Assembly: GCA_002070055.1 (NCBI GenBank) | Contig: MWCM01000006.1 | Span: 1-63,506 of the forward strand | Direction: 5' to 3' | Origin: a bacterium ADurb.Bin212 | GTDB taxonomy: Bacteria; Patescibacteriota; UBA1384; XYA2-FULL-43-10 | Length of the DNA: 63,506 bases | In this document: one piece after another, positions 16,724 through 25,594 of the stretch | Layout of the letters: every line of letters begins with the position of its first letter | Numbering within the stretch: the stretch's first letter is position 1 | Made by a program: the position numbers and the translations under genes | Notes under the pieces: generated by a model | Database searches by the model: none | The model's input: the letters and a program-made list of their open reading frames with translations, nothing else | Told to the model about the DNA's origin: nothing

Positions 16724-17719
16724 ATGAATAAAAAAGATGAAAAAATGATCATCTATTCTGCGCCAGATAAGGGCGTAGAAATCAAGATTAAGCTGGATCA
16801 TGACACGATTTGGTTGACTAAAAAACAGATAGCTGAGCTTTTTAATGTTGATCGGACCGTGGTCTCCAGGCATATTAACAATATCTACAAATCTGAAGAG
16901 CTAGAGCGGAAAAGTACGTGTGCAAAAATTGCACATGTACTTGATAAAAGAGACCGTTCATACGAAAGTGAGATCTACAATCTGGATGCCATCATATCAG
17001 TCGGCTATCGGGTTAATTCCAAAAAAGCCACTCAATTCCGTGTCTGGGCTACAACTACTTTGCGTAAATATTTGATTGATGGTTATGCAATAAATCAAAA
17101 ACGTTTAGCCGAACAAGAGAAAAAACTGACAGAAATCCAGAAAACTGTTGCGCTAATTAGGGCTAAGTCGGATGAAAGGGAGCTTGTCGGTTACGAGCAT
17201 GAGCTGTTAGAACTCATTAACGAATACACAAAGTCTCTGGTTCTCTTAAACCAATATGACGAAGGTGCTCTAAAAATTGGCAAAGTCAATCGATATGTTA
17301 AGTTCCAACTTACTGAAGATGAATATCTTGAGGCCAAGCGAAAAATTGTTGAGTTGGTTAGTAAAGGAAAGCGAGCAGGGGAATTATTCGGTAGGGAGCA
17401 GGGCAACAAAATTAAGGGCATAATAGGGTCTATTAACCAGACATTTGATGGTAAAGAGTTATACGACAGCATCGAAGAGAAAGCGGCGCATCTGCTTTAT
17501 TTTATCATAAAGGATCATCCTTACAGCGACGGTAACAAGAGAATAGGCTCTATGTTATTCTTATACTTTTTACGGCGCAACGGATGTCTGTATAAAACTA
17601 ACGGAGGGGTTAAAATCAACGATAATACAATAATAGCCTTGGCTTTGTTGGTGGCCGTAAGCGATCCCGCCGAAAAAGACAGCATAATTAATCTGATTAT
17701 TAATATCATCAAAGAATAA
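16724..17719 (+). CDS. RhuM-like N-terminal domain fused to a Fic/Doc-family domain (Doc-type motif)
   Basis: The N-terminus (IWLTKKQIAELFNVDRTVVSRHINNIY...YNLDAIISVGYRVNSKKATQFRVWAT) is typical of RhuM. The C-terminal HPYSDGNKRIGS matches the Doc variant of the Fic motif. Confidence 0.8.
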   Translation: MNKKDEKMIIYSAPDKGVEIKIKLDHDTIWLTKKQIAELFNVDRTVVSRHINNIYKSEELERKSTCAKIAHVLDKRDRSYESEIYNLDAIISVGYRVNSKKATQFRVWATTTLRKYLIDGYAINQKRLAEQEKKLTEIQKTVALIRAKSDERELVGYEHELLELINEYTKSLVLLNQYDEGALKIGKVNRYVKFQLTEDEYLEAKRKIVELVSKGKRAGELFGREQGNKIKGIIGSINQTFDGKELYDSIEEKAAHLLYFIIKDHPYSDGNKRIGSMLFLYFLRRNGCLYKTNGGVKINDNTIIALALLVAVSDPAEKDSIINLIINIIKE

Positions 17720-17725
17720 ATTATT

Positions 17726-18175
17726 ATGGAGCAGAATAAACAGATATTTATCTTTTTACTCATTCAGTTGGCGATGATCTCTTTCTCTTATACAGAGGCA
17801 GTTTTGGAGGGGTATGAGGGCTGGGCCAAAGATCGTAAAGTCTGGCGTTTTAAAGTTTCCAGAAACCACGATTATACCAGCTATCACCTTGTTACGTATT
17901 ATTTGCTTTTTCCCCTGGTAATAATTGCCTTACCTCTACTTGTAGCAGGTTTTAGCTGGGAGCTATTTTGGTTACTTTTAGCTTCATATTTGATTGGTAG
18001 TATTTTTGAAGATTTTATGTGGTTTGTTTTTAACCCGGAGAGGCCATTTAGAAAGTGGAATCCTAAAGACACCACTTGGTATCCTTGGCTGGTTATTAAA
18101 AGATTTGCGTTGCCGGTTTCTTATGTTGTTAAATTTATTATTGGGGTGTTGATGTTAGTTTTTCTGGTTGGCTAG
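17726..18175 (+). CDS. 149-aa integral membrane protein, unknown function
   Basis: Four hydrophobic segments. It starts 7 nt after the upstream stop. No family recognised. Confidence 0.55.
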   Translation: MEQNKQIFIFLLIQLAMISFSYTEAVLEGYEGWAKDRKVWRFKVSRNHDYTSYHLVTYYLLFPLVIIALPLLVAGFSWELFWLLLASYLIGSIFEDFMWFVFNPERPFRKWNPKDTTWYPWLVIKRFALPVSYVVKFIIGVLMLVFLVG

Positions 18176-18179
18176 GATG

Positions 18180-18208
18180 TTGACACAAGGAATAAGGCTA
18201 ATTATAAT
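18180..18208 (+). promoter_or_regulatory. Perfect consensus sigma70 promoter
   Basis: TTGACA (18180-18185), exactly a 17-nt spacer, then TATAAT (18203-18208). Confidence 0.65.
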
Positions 18209-18244
18209 AAATAAACTAATAATTTAGTTTTTTAAGGAGAATAT

Positions 18245-18301
18245 ATGGGTGGATGTTGCGGATGCCCTCATTCCGATGAGTGCGGAGATAAAGAGGAGTA
18301 G
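18245..18301 (+). CDS. 18-aa Cys-rich micro-ORF MGGCCGCPHSDECGDKEE
   Basis: AAGGAGA (18234-18240), a 4-nt spacer, then ATG at 18245 and TAG ending at 18301. The consensus promoter lies 37 nt upstream of the ATG. 4 Cys and 1 His in 18 residues. The next gene is convergent, so this is not a leader peptide for a downstream gene. Confidence 0.5.
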   Translation: MGGCCGCPHSDECGDKEE

Positions 18302-18324
18302 TATTATAGCTCTTTGTAAAGATG

Positions 18325-20325
18325 CTACTTACTATCTTTAACCCTTTTGTAACTATCAACTGGGGATTTTTTTGTGTCTCTAAGCAACTCATTTATTATG
18401 TTGTTTGATTGAATGACTGCATTTTCTATGCCTCTATCTTCGGGGAAGATGTGTGCCATGCTTAGAACAAAGAACTCCCCCATGGGTGCTTTGATTGGCG
18501 GTATTTTGTAGTTATTTTTAATAACAGGTTGTGCATATTTATCTTTGACAACCTTGACGTTGTTTATTGAGTCAGAAAAATTTGGTGCAAGGCTGTTTAT
18601 CCAATCGAGAGCAATTTCTTTAATCTTATTATCATCTGTTTGGTATAAATCAGATTTTAAGGAGCAGTATTTGCCAAGATATATGATCTTTTCCTTGCTT
18701 AGTGGAAGTAAGTTGTTTTGCTCGACAATTACACCGAATGGTGCATTATTATCCAGGACAGTAATCCAATAGTGCTTACTGAGCGAAGTGTTTGCTTTTA
18801 TTATTACGCCCACAAAGCCCAGGTATTCAATGCCGCGTTGTCGGTAGGATGGATATATTCGGCTACTCTCATTTGGGGCTAATGTGCTAATACAATAGTC
18901 GAATCTTTCGCCGTCGATTTTTATACCCTGTTTGCTTTTTTTTATTGAATTAACATTGTGACAGGTAATTATTCTGCCTCCGTTTCCGACAATATCTCGA
19001 GCTAATTTTTCGATTAAGATTCCGAATCCACCTTTGGGATAAATTAGGGTTTCTATTTGTGATTTTTTATCACGGCTTTTAACTCGGCTAATAAACCAGC
19101 TGGCGGAGATTTTTTTAGAATAGTGGCCGAATTTTCCTTCGAATACCGGTTGCCAAAAAATGTTCCAAACAGTTTTGCCGAGTTTTGCTTCTATCAGCTT
19201 TTTGGCAGTTTTGTTGTTGTGCTTTGCTGGATCTATTAATTTGAACACAAGGTTGCCGGCACCCATAATCATTTTTTGCACCAATGAGAAGTGGGGAAGT
19301 TTTAGTAAATCAAAAGCATTATTAAAAGAGTAAATCGTTTTGCTTTTTAAGCAGGCCATTGAAGCGGGAATCTTTTCTAATCGATCCGAGATCTTTAATT
19401 CATTAAATAAATTGATGATATTTTGTTGATTTGTAAATATATGATGATAGTGTCTGTCAATTTTGGTGCCATCCATATTAAAAGTGGATAATAACCCACC
19501 AATTTGAGGTTCTTTTTCAAATACGGTTACCGTGTAGCCCAACTTAGATAGCCGATAAGCACAAATTAAACCCGTGATGCCGGCACCGATTATGGCAATT
19601 TTTTTGTTTAACATATTGCTTTCCGAAATATTTGCTCGAGGCTTAAATGTGTTTATATGGTTTGCAAACCGTAAAGCATCGTGACCCAAACGAGTCATTT
19701 TGGCAAGAGAATAGCCACCTTTCCCTCTCTGCCTGCTTTGTCTATCATAAAAAATATTACTCTTTTTTAGATTTAGTTTTTGCACCTCGCCCCTCAAAAA
19801 AATCGAGGGCTGTCTTTTGTTAATGATTTGATTAATCGCTTTTCTGTCAAGTAGATAGAACTCCCCAATTCTTGGATCAAGTGTTGTTTTAGACACTCTG
19901 TTTAACAGCCAATAAAACAAATTTGCTGAAATTATTTTAAATGGACGATCTTTGCGGTTCTTTCTGATTGGCAAAACAACATCAGCTCCATCTCGCCATT
20001 GCTCAATCATCTCCAAAATTAGATACGGCGGGTCTTGTAGGTCGCAATCTAAAACTATTGCCGCTTCTCCGGTGCAATACATCAATCCTTCATAAATGGC
20101 CGCTTGTTGGCCGTAATTTTTATCAAAACAGATGTGTTTGATGCGGTCATCTTTGGTCGCCAATCGTTTGATTGTGTTTTGAGTGTTGTCGGTTGACCCA
20201 TCATTAACGAAAATTATTTCAAAGAGACAGCCGGAAAGATTTAAGTGACGTCTTAATTCGAAATAAAATTTCGGCAATGATTCCTGCTCGTTATATATTG
20301 GGGAGATAATAGATATTTTTTTCAT
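18325..20325 (-). CDS. Fusion protein: N-terminal GT2 glycosyltransferase plus C-terminal FAD/NAD(P)-binding oxidoreductase (amine-oxidase/phytoene-desaturase-like fold)
   Basis: GT2 motifs: ISIISPIYNEQESL, VNDGSTDNT, VLDCDLQDPP. Then a Rossmann dinucleotide motif, KKIAIIGAGITGLICAYRLSKLGYTVTVFEKEPQIGGL, at about aa 242, followed by about 420 aa. Confidence 0.8.
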   Translation of the reverse strand: MKKISIISPIYNEQESLPKFYFELRRHLNLSGCLFEIIFVNDGSTDNTQNTIKRLATKDDRIKHICFDKNYGQQAAIYEGLMYCTGEAAIVLDCDLQDPPYLILEMIEQWRDGADVVLPIRKNRKDRPFKIISANLFYWLLNRVSKTTLDPRIGEFYLLDRKAINQIINKRQPSIFLRGEVQKLNLKKSNIFYDRQSRQRGKGGYSLAKMTRLGHDALRFANHINTFKPRANISESNMLNKKIAIIGAGITGLICAYRLSKLGYTVTVFEKEPQIGGLLSTFNMDGTKIDRHYHHIFTNQQNIINLFNELKISDRLEKIPASMACLKSKTIYSFNNAFDLLKLPHFSLVQKMIMGAGNLVFKLIDPAKHNNKTAKKLIEAKLGKTVWNIFWQPVFEGKFGHYSKKISASWFISRVKSRDKKSQIETLIYPKGGFGILIEKLARDIVGNGGRIITCHNVNSIKKSKQGIKIDGERFDYCISTLAPNESSRIYPSYRQRGIEYLGFVGVIIKANTSLSKHYWITVLDNNAPFGVIVEQNNLLPLSKEKIIYLGKYCSLKSDLYQTDDNKIKEIALDWINSLAPNFSDSINNVKVVKDKYAQPVIKNNYKIPPIKAPMGEFFVLSMAHIFPEDRGIENAVIQSNNIINELLRDTKKSPVDSYKRVKDSK

Positions 20326-20378
20326 TTATTGATGAATTGGGTATAATCATTATAAGCATCAGATAAAGGGGAAACTTA

Positions 20379-23276
20379 ATGCAAGAAAAAAAATCCAGAT
20401 TTTACGCTCTTGACCTACTGCGAGGTTTGGCAGTTTTTTTGATGTTACTCGCTCATTCTGTTTATTTTTTCTCTCATCGTGACAGTTCTCTGATTATTTC
20501 CTTGGAGAATACTGGCAACGTCTTTTGTTTTACAACTTTTTTGCTGATATCTGGTGCGGTCTCTTATATTGCATATTTAAACCATGATCTGGCTGATTCC
20601 AGGAAGAACAGGGTTATTAAGCGAATCCTAGCGTTGATAGTATCATATTATCTTATTGCGGTTTTTGTCGAGCTGAAGAGTATTTTACATGCTGATGTTT
20701 GGCAAAAAATAAGTATATTATTGGATATTATAACTTTAAGGAATTTGCCTTCTTATACCGAATATATTGTGCCATTCATAATATATCCTCTTATAATGTT
20801 TGTGTTTTCAGATGTCTTCCGCAAAATTGCAAAAAATATACTTCTAGTTGTTGTATTTTCTACAATATTTTATCTTGTCGGCTTTCTTGTATATAATCTG
20901 CCCTTTGCCGGCTTTTTTGAGCCATGGAAAGCTTTGGTGGCCGGAGCTGAGGGATATTTCAGGTTTCCTTTATTACAGTATTTTCCTGTATTCCTGCTCG
21001 GCTTATACTGGGGGCGACAACTTATTAGGTTGGAAAATATAAAGCTCAAAGAACAGCTTGTCGCTAAGTTGGGGTTATTATTTGCAATCACATTTTTATT
21101 GATATGGTATTTTGCTAATGCTCTTGATGTTAGTGCCGGAGAAATTCTTCGAAGATGGCCGCCATCTTTAGGCTTTCTGGCCTTCTCTTCTAGTATTTCC
21201 TTCCTTGTTTCATATTTAATATACAAATCAAAGAATTTTAGATCCTTACCTGTTTTAAAGGACTTTCTTCTTATACTTGGACAAAACGCATTCGCATTTT
21301 TCTGGGCACACGTCTTCTTGCTCACTTTGTATAAATTTATAAGTGGTCCACAAATCAGTTCGCTATTGGTATTTGTTATTATGTTTGTTCTGCTAATTGT
21401 GGTTTCTCTGATATTAGCTACTATATTGCCATTTAACTATAGGTTTGTGTTGTGCAAAGTTAGAGGGTCTTGCGAGGAAGATGAAATAAGGGATTCCGAG
21501 GTTTTGAAATTAGAAGAAGAGGTGCTTAGAGGCACAAAAAAAGAACTCGGATTTTTACGCAAGTTCTTTTTCCCGGCTCCCGATGGGACAACAAAAAGAA
21601 AAAGGCTGATTAAAAAAAGACATATTCTAGCCGGCTTAGTGATTGGCGCGGTCGTAGCAGCTCTGGTTTCGCCTGCTATTGTCGAAGAAGTAAAAACATC
21701 GATTAAAAATAGCAGAAATGCATCTTGGTGGGATGATAGTTATGCTTACAGACAAAATATTAATGTCGTGAACACTAGCACATTCAGCAATATTTCTGAG
21801 GGACAAACTCTAAAATTTCAAATAAACCACAAAAAAATGGTGGAGGCCGGCGAATCAAAGGCAGATGGGGGAGATATTAGGATGGTATATCTGGCCGCAT
21901 CCGGCTATAAAGAAATCGCCTTCCTCGTTGATTCTTGGGGCAGCGAACAAACCGAAATCACCTTTAATAACCAGGAAATCATAAATGGGGGCAGTAACGA
22001 TTCTCTTTATTTTCTATATTTTGGCAATACCTTAGCCTCTTTTGAGCCAGGTGACTTTAATTTGGAGCCTACTCCCGCTGATTACAGAGTTGAGTTATCT
22101 AGCACATCTACCCATGCCGTTTTAGCTTCAGTGTCAAAAAAATGGAATTTAATTGAAAAGGATGATGGAAAATTAGAGGTATATGGCCGCCCAATGGTTG
22201 AGGTTTCCAAGGAAGCTACGGTTAGATACAGAGTTTTAGATACTCCTTTGAAAGGAATGATGGTCGTGAATTCGGAAGGTTTTTTTGAGGCTCAAATACA
22301 AATCTCTTCGCTAAAAGCTGGAACTTACCAAGTTCAGATTGAACTTAACGATAACGGCAATATACTCTTGAGTCAGAAGGTTGGTTTTTATGTTTCTTAT
22401 CCTCTGTATATAACCTGGACTTATGATTGGGAAGGTTATGATGTTAGCGGAGCATATTTGAAAGCCAGCGAAGATATTTCAAGAGAATATGGTGTGCCAA
22501 TTACTCACTTTTTTAATCCCAGGATATTTACCACAAGTACAATAACTCCAGACAGAGCACAGTATTTAACAGATTGGTTAAGAAACAGGATGAATATCGG
22601 TGATGGCTATGGCTTACATCTGCATATGTTTTATGATTTTGTCGAGTTGAGCGGTGTTACTCCCAAAAAAGAGCCGAGGTGGGATAAAGCAGAAGGCGAT
22701 GGTTACAGCGTTTTGACCTCTGCCTATAGCAAAGATGAGCTTAAGCAAATTATTTCTAAGGCTATGTCTGAACTAGAAAATCAAGGCTTGCCGGAGCCGG
22801 AAATATATCGTGCTGGCGGTTGGTTTTCCAATATTGAGACGCTAAAAGCGCTAGAAGAGTTGGGTTTTGGGGCTGATAGCTCTGGCAGAACCGCTTACAA
22901 GTTTGGACAAAACAGTATTGCTGGCCACTGGGATTTATCGCCTCTATCGCAACCTTATTTTCCATCTCGGACCGATCAGAACGCGCCGTCCCTTAGTAAT
23001 CACCTTAATTTATTAGAGATCCCCAACAATGGCACTGATTCCTATTGGTTTAGCGCTTCAGAGATGATTGAAAGATTTAACGCAAATTTTACCAATCAGC
23101 CATTAAAAGAGAAGAAGCAACTCACCTATTTATCTCATCCTCACTGGTTTAAACAGTCTGAGCAAAGTCGAATAAGGGAGCTGTTTGGATATATTGCAAA
23201 ATATAATAATTCTAGTGATTCAGGGCCCGTTATCTACGTAACAAGTCAGGAGATATTAGACATTTGGACTAAATAA
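20379..23276 (+). CDS. 965-aa fusion: acyltransferase-3/DUF1624-like polytopic membrane domain, DUF2341-like domain and polysaccharide-deacetylase-like C-terminal domain
   Basis: N-terminal FYALDLLRGLAVFLMLLAHS plus about 10 TM helices. WWDDSYAYRQNINV...ADGGDIRMVYL is DUF2341-like. The C-terminal YITWTYDWEGYD...GLHLHMFYDF...YRAGGWF resembles NodB-type/carbohydrate esterase domains (recollection). Confidence 0.7.
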   Translation: MQEKKSRFYALDLLRGLAVFLMLLAHSVYFFSHRDSSLIISLENTGNVFCFTTFLLISGAVSYIAYLNHDLADSRKNRVIKRILALIVSYYLIAVFVELKSILHADVWQKISILLDIITLRNLPSYTEYIVPFIIYPLIMFVFSDVFRKIAKNILLVVVFSTIFYLVGFLVYNLPFAGFFEPWKALVAGAEGYFRFPLLQYFPVFLLGLYWGRQLIRLENIKLKEQLVAKLGLLFAITFLLIWYFANALDVSAGEILRRWPPSLGFLAFSSSISFLVSYLIYKSKNFRSLPVLKDFLLILGQNAFAFFWAHVFLLTLYKFISGPQISSLLVFVIMFVLLIVVSLILATILPFNYRFVLCKVRGSCEEDEIRDSEVLKLEEEVLRGTKKELGFLRKFFFPAPDGTTKRKRLIKKRHILAGLVIGAVVAALVSPAIVEEVKTSIKNSRNASWWDDSYAYRQNINVVNTSTFSNISEGQTLKFQINHKKMVEAGESKADGGDIRMVYLAASGYKEIAFLVDSWGSEQTEITFNNQEIINGGSNDSLYFLYFGNTLASFEPGDFNLEPTPADYRVELSSTSTHAVLASVSKKWNLIEKDDGKLEVYGRPMVEVSKEATVRYRVLDTPLKGMMVVNSEGFFEAQIQISSLKAGTYQVQIELNDNGNILLSQKVGFYVSYPLYITWTYDWEGYDVSGAYLKASEDISREYGVPITHFFNPRIFTTSTITPDRAQYLTDWLRNRMNIGDGYGLHLHMFYDFVELSGVTPKKEPRWDKAEGDGYSVLTSAYSKDELKQIISKAMSELENQGLPEPEIYRAGGWFSNIETLKALEELGFGADSSGRTAYKFGQNSIAGHWDLSPLSQPYFPSRTDQNAPSLSNHLNLLEIPNNGTDSYWFSASEMIERFNANFTNQPLKEKKQLTYLSHPHWFKQSEQSRIRELFGYIAKYNNSSDSGPVIYVTSQEILDIWTK

Positions 23277-25324
23277 TGAGTTTTATCACAACAGTTTTTG
23301 AACAAAAAAATCTTTATTATTTTTTACTGACAATGATATCCGTATTAATTCTGTTGCTGTTTTTTGTGCTTTTTTGGCATTTCTATAAAAAAAGACATTA
23401 TATTGAGGCCTTAAATAAGGTTTTTATAGTAAAAGCAATGAATTACTGGATAATTTATATATCAATTATATTATTTATAATTCTCCTAAATGCGTCTGCC
23501 ATGGCCATGTTAACTCCCGATGTCACCTCTCCGTCTGGGCCGTCTATGGATTCTGTTATTGTTTCAGCGAGCAAACCTTTGGTTGTTGAATTTGATAGAC
23601 CGATTTCTAAGTCAATCAGTTATGAAATTACCCCAGAGTTGGAGGGAAACTGGCGAGTGGAGAATAGTTTGATACTTAAAAATTCAAAACTGGTATTTAC
23701 ACCTGATGTGACTCCTGATTTAGACACGAGATACACAGTATCCCTAAAGAACGTTAAGAATCATTTGGGTTCGAAAAAAAGAGAATATCTATTTAGTTTT
23801 CAAACACCAAAAGCGCCAGAAGTTATCGAGACATCAATTCTAGATGGCGCAATAAACGTTATGCCGGACGCAAAAATTATTATTAGAACTGATCCTATAA
23901 TTGATAATTCAGCCAATCTATATTTTGAGATTGTTCCTCAAACTGAGTTAGATGTTACTAAATCTGGTAATGAGTATACAATCAGAGCCAAAGATCGTTT
24001 TGTAAAAAGTACCAGCTACAACCTTAAGGTTCTGAGGAATCTGGTCAGATTCAGTTATAAGCTGAACAAAGCGATTAATGAAACGGAAAAACTAGAGATA
24101 TTCTCCACAAATTTTCGCACTATTGATGCCCCTGGCGTCAAAAGCACCTCTCCTTCCGGATCAGGTGTTCTGGTCGACAGCAATATTGTTGTTGAATTTA
24201 ACCAGCCAATGGACCGGCAAAGCGTTGAGGAGTCTTTTTCTGTTGACCCTAGTGTTTCCGGGATGTACTCTTGGGATGGAGATTCAAAATTGGTATTTGA
24301 TCCCGAAAATGTCCTGACAAAAAACTCAAGGTATTCAGTTAGAATCTCTAAAGATGCTAAGGCTTCGGATGGAAGCAATATTGAAGAAGAGATCGGTTTT
24401 GAATTTGTTACCATCGGCTATGTTCAGGTTAGCATTTTTTATCCTACGAGTGGTGCCAAAGAGGTGTCTAAATCAACAAAAATTTCAATAACTTTTAATC
24501 AAGATGTTGATCACAGTTCAGCTGAAAGTAGATTCTCGATTAGTCCAACGGTAAACGGCAGTTTTAGTTGGAGTGGCAATACCCTAATCTTTAATCATGA
24601 CCAGCTTGCCGATTATCAAAGTTATACGTTAAAAATTGAGGCAGGGGTTAAGACGGTCCATGGTTTGGATTCAAAAGAGGCCTTTTCCGGTTCCTTTACC
24701 ACGCAGATTCCAAAATACCAGCTAAATGTCTCTGCATTTAGACAAGCACACATGTACACCTGCATGAGCTCGGCGGCCAGAAGTGCAATGGCTTATAAGG
24801 GAGTTTCTCTTGGTGAGGATGCCATATCCAGCAGAATTGGATATGACTCAACTCCATGGAGTGGCACATGGAACGAGGGTGGTGCAGTTTGGGGTGATCC
24901 GGATGTTGGCATTGTTGGCGACATAAACGGCAAAGCAGACAATATTGGTTGGGGCTATGGCTCGCATTGGAATCCCGTTGCAAATGCAATAAGAAGTTTT
25001 GGTTTAGGGGCGGAGGTTAAGAGTGGTTGGAGTGTAAGCGGGATTGCTAGTGAGATTGCGGCCGGCAATCCGGTAATAATCTGGTGGGTAAACGGTGTTT
25101 GGCCTGCTTATGAAGTTGACTGGAAAACGCCTGGCGGTAAGAGTGTCCGCGGCGTGAACTCTATGCATGTCCAAGTGGTGAAGGGTTTCACTGGGACCGT
25201 CGATAATCCCCAATCTTTTGTTGTTACAGATTCGGGTTACGGTTATCCGGGACGTAGTTACGATGTTGGCACATTTAAAGCAAAATGGAGCTGGTTCGGG
25301 AACACGGCGATAGTAGTCAGATGA
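23276..25324 (+). CDS. Membrane-anchored protein with tandem Ig-like (SbsA/Big-type) domains and a C-terminal C39-like cysteine peptidase domain
   Basis: A TAATG overlap couples it to the upstream gene. Repeated SPxxGxxxVxxxxxIxxxFxxPM/V modules. The C-terminal MYTCMSSAARSAMAYKG (Cys), GYGSHWNPVANAI and MHVQVVKGFTG (His) are typical of peptidase_C39-like domains. Confidence 0.75.
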   Translation: MSFITTVFEQKNLYYFLLTMISVLILLLFFVLFWHFYKKRHYIEALNKVFIVKAMNYWIIYISIILFIILLNASAMAMLTPDVTSPSGPSMDSVIVSASKPLVVEFDRPISKSISYEITPELEGNWRVENSLILKNSKLVFTPDVTPDLDTRYTVSLKNVKNHLGSKKREYLFSFQTPKAPEVIETSILDGAINVMPDAKIIIRTDPIIDNSANLYFEIVPQTELDVTKSGNEYTIRAKDRFVKSTSYNLKVLRNLVRFSYKLNKAINETEKLEIFSTNFRTIDAPGVKSTSPSGSGVLVDSNIVVEFNQPMDRQSVEESFSVDPSVSGMYSWDGDSKLVFDPENVLTKNSRYSVRISKDAKASDGSNIEEEIGFEFVTIGYVQVSIFYPTSGAKEVSKSTKISITFNQDVDHSSAESRFSISPTVNGSFSWSGNTLIFNHDQLADYQSYTLKIEAGVKTVHGLDSKEAFSGSFTTQIPKYQLNVSAFRQAHMYTCMSSAARSAMAYKGVSLGEDAISSRIGYDSTPWSGTWNEGGAVWGDPDVGIVGDINGKADNIGWGYGSHWNPVANAIRSFGLGAEVKSGWSVSGIASEIAAGNPVIIWWVNGVWPAYEVDWKTPGGKSVRGVNSMHVQVVKGFTGTVDNPQSFVVTDSGYGYPGRSYDVGTFKAKWSWFGNTAIVVR

Positions 25325-25345
25325 TATTTGAACGAAGGAGATTAC

Positions 25346-25424
25346 AACACAAATCTTTACACAAATAAACACAAATGGGGACAAGGTTATAACACAAATC
25401 TTTACACAAATAAACAAAAATGAG
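25346..25424. repeat. Two 34-nt direct repeats (45-nt period) built from ACACAAAT octamers, in a convergent intergenic region
   Basis: aacacaaatctttacacaaataaaca occurs at 25346-25371 and identically at 25391-25416. Both extend to about 34 nt with 2 mismatches. Confidence 0.9.
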
Positions 25425-25476
25425 TACCACAGCGAAAAAGAGATTAATATAGAAAACGATTTTAGCTCTTTCGTTA

Positions 25477-25513
25477 TCATCGCGAGGAGGTACGACGAAG
25501 CAATCTTATAATC
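25477..25513. repeat. Short dispersed element, intergenic copy (related to 61506-61548)
   Basis: tcatcgcgaggaggtacgacgaagcaatcttataatc compared with gtcattgcgaggagcggttttgcgacgtggcaatctaataatc. They share the tcatYgcgaggag head and the gcaatctWataatc tail. Confidence 0.7.
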
Positions 25514-25594
25514 AATGTCACATATATTTTATGATAAGTACCAATAAACAGAATGATTAATTAGTGACTATTTGTGTGTGGATTAGTGTTTTAA

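Noticed and set aside
25322-25424. Possible UGA read-through or recoding (genetic code 25) after the C39-like gene, because the frame stays open for 32 codons after the TGA
   Set aside because: Long conserved genes across the window (valS, tsaD, GT genes) are intact under the standard code with no in-frame TGA, and several end in TGA. There is no evidence for UGA reassignment.
25004-25480. 158-aa minus-strand ORF with repeated FVFICVKICV motifs
   Set aside because: It is the antisense reading of the ACACAAAT repeat array and of the 3' end of the C39-like gene. The repeated peptide simply mirrors the DNA repeat.
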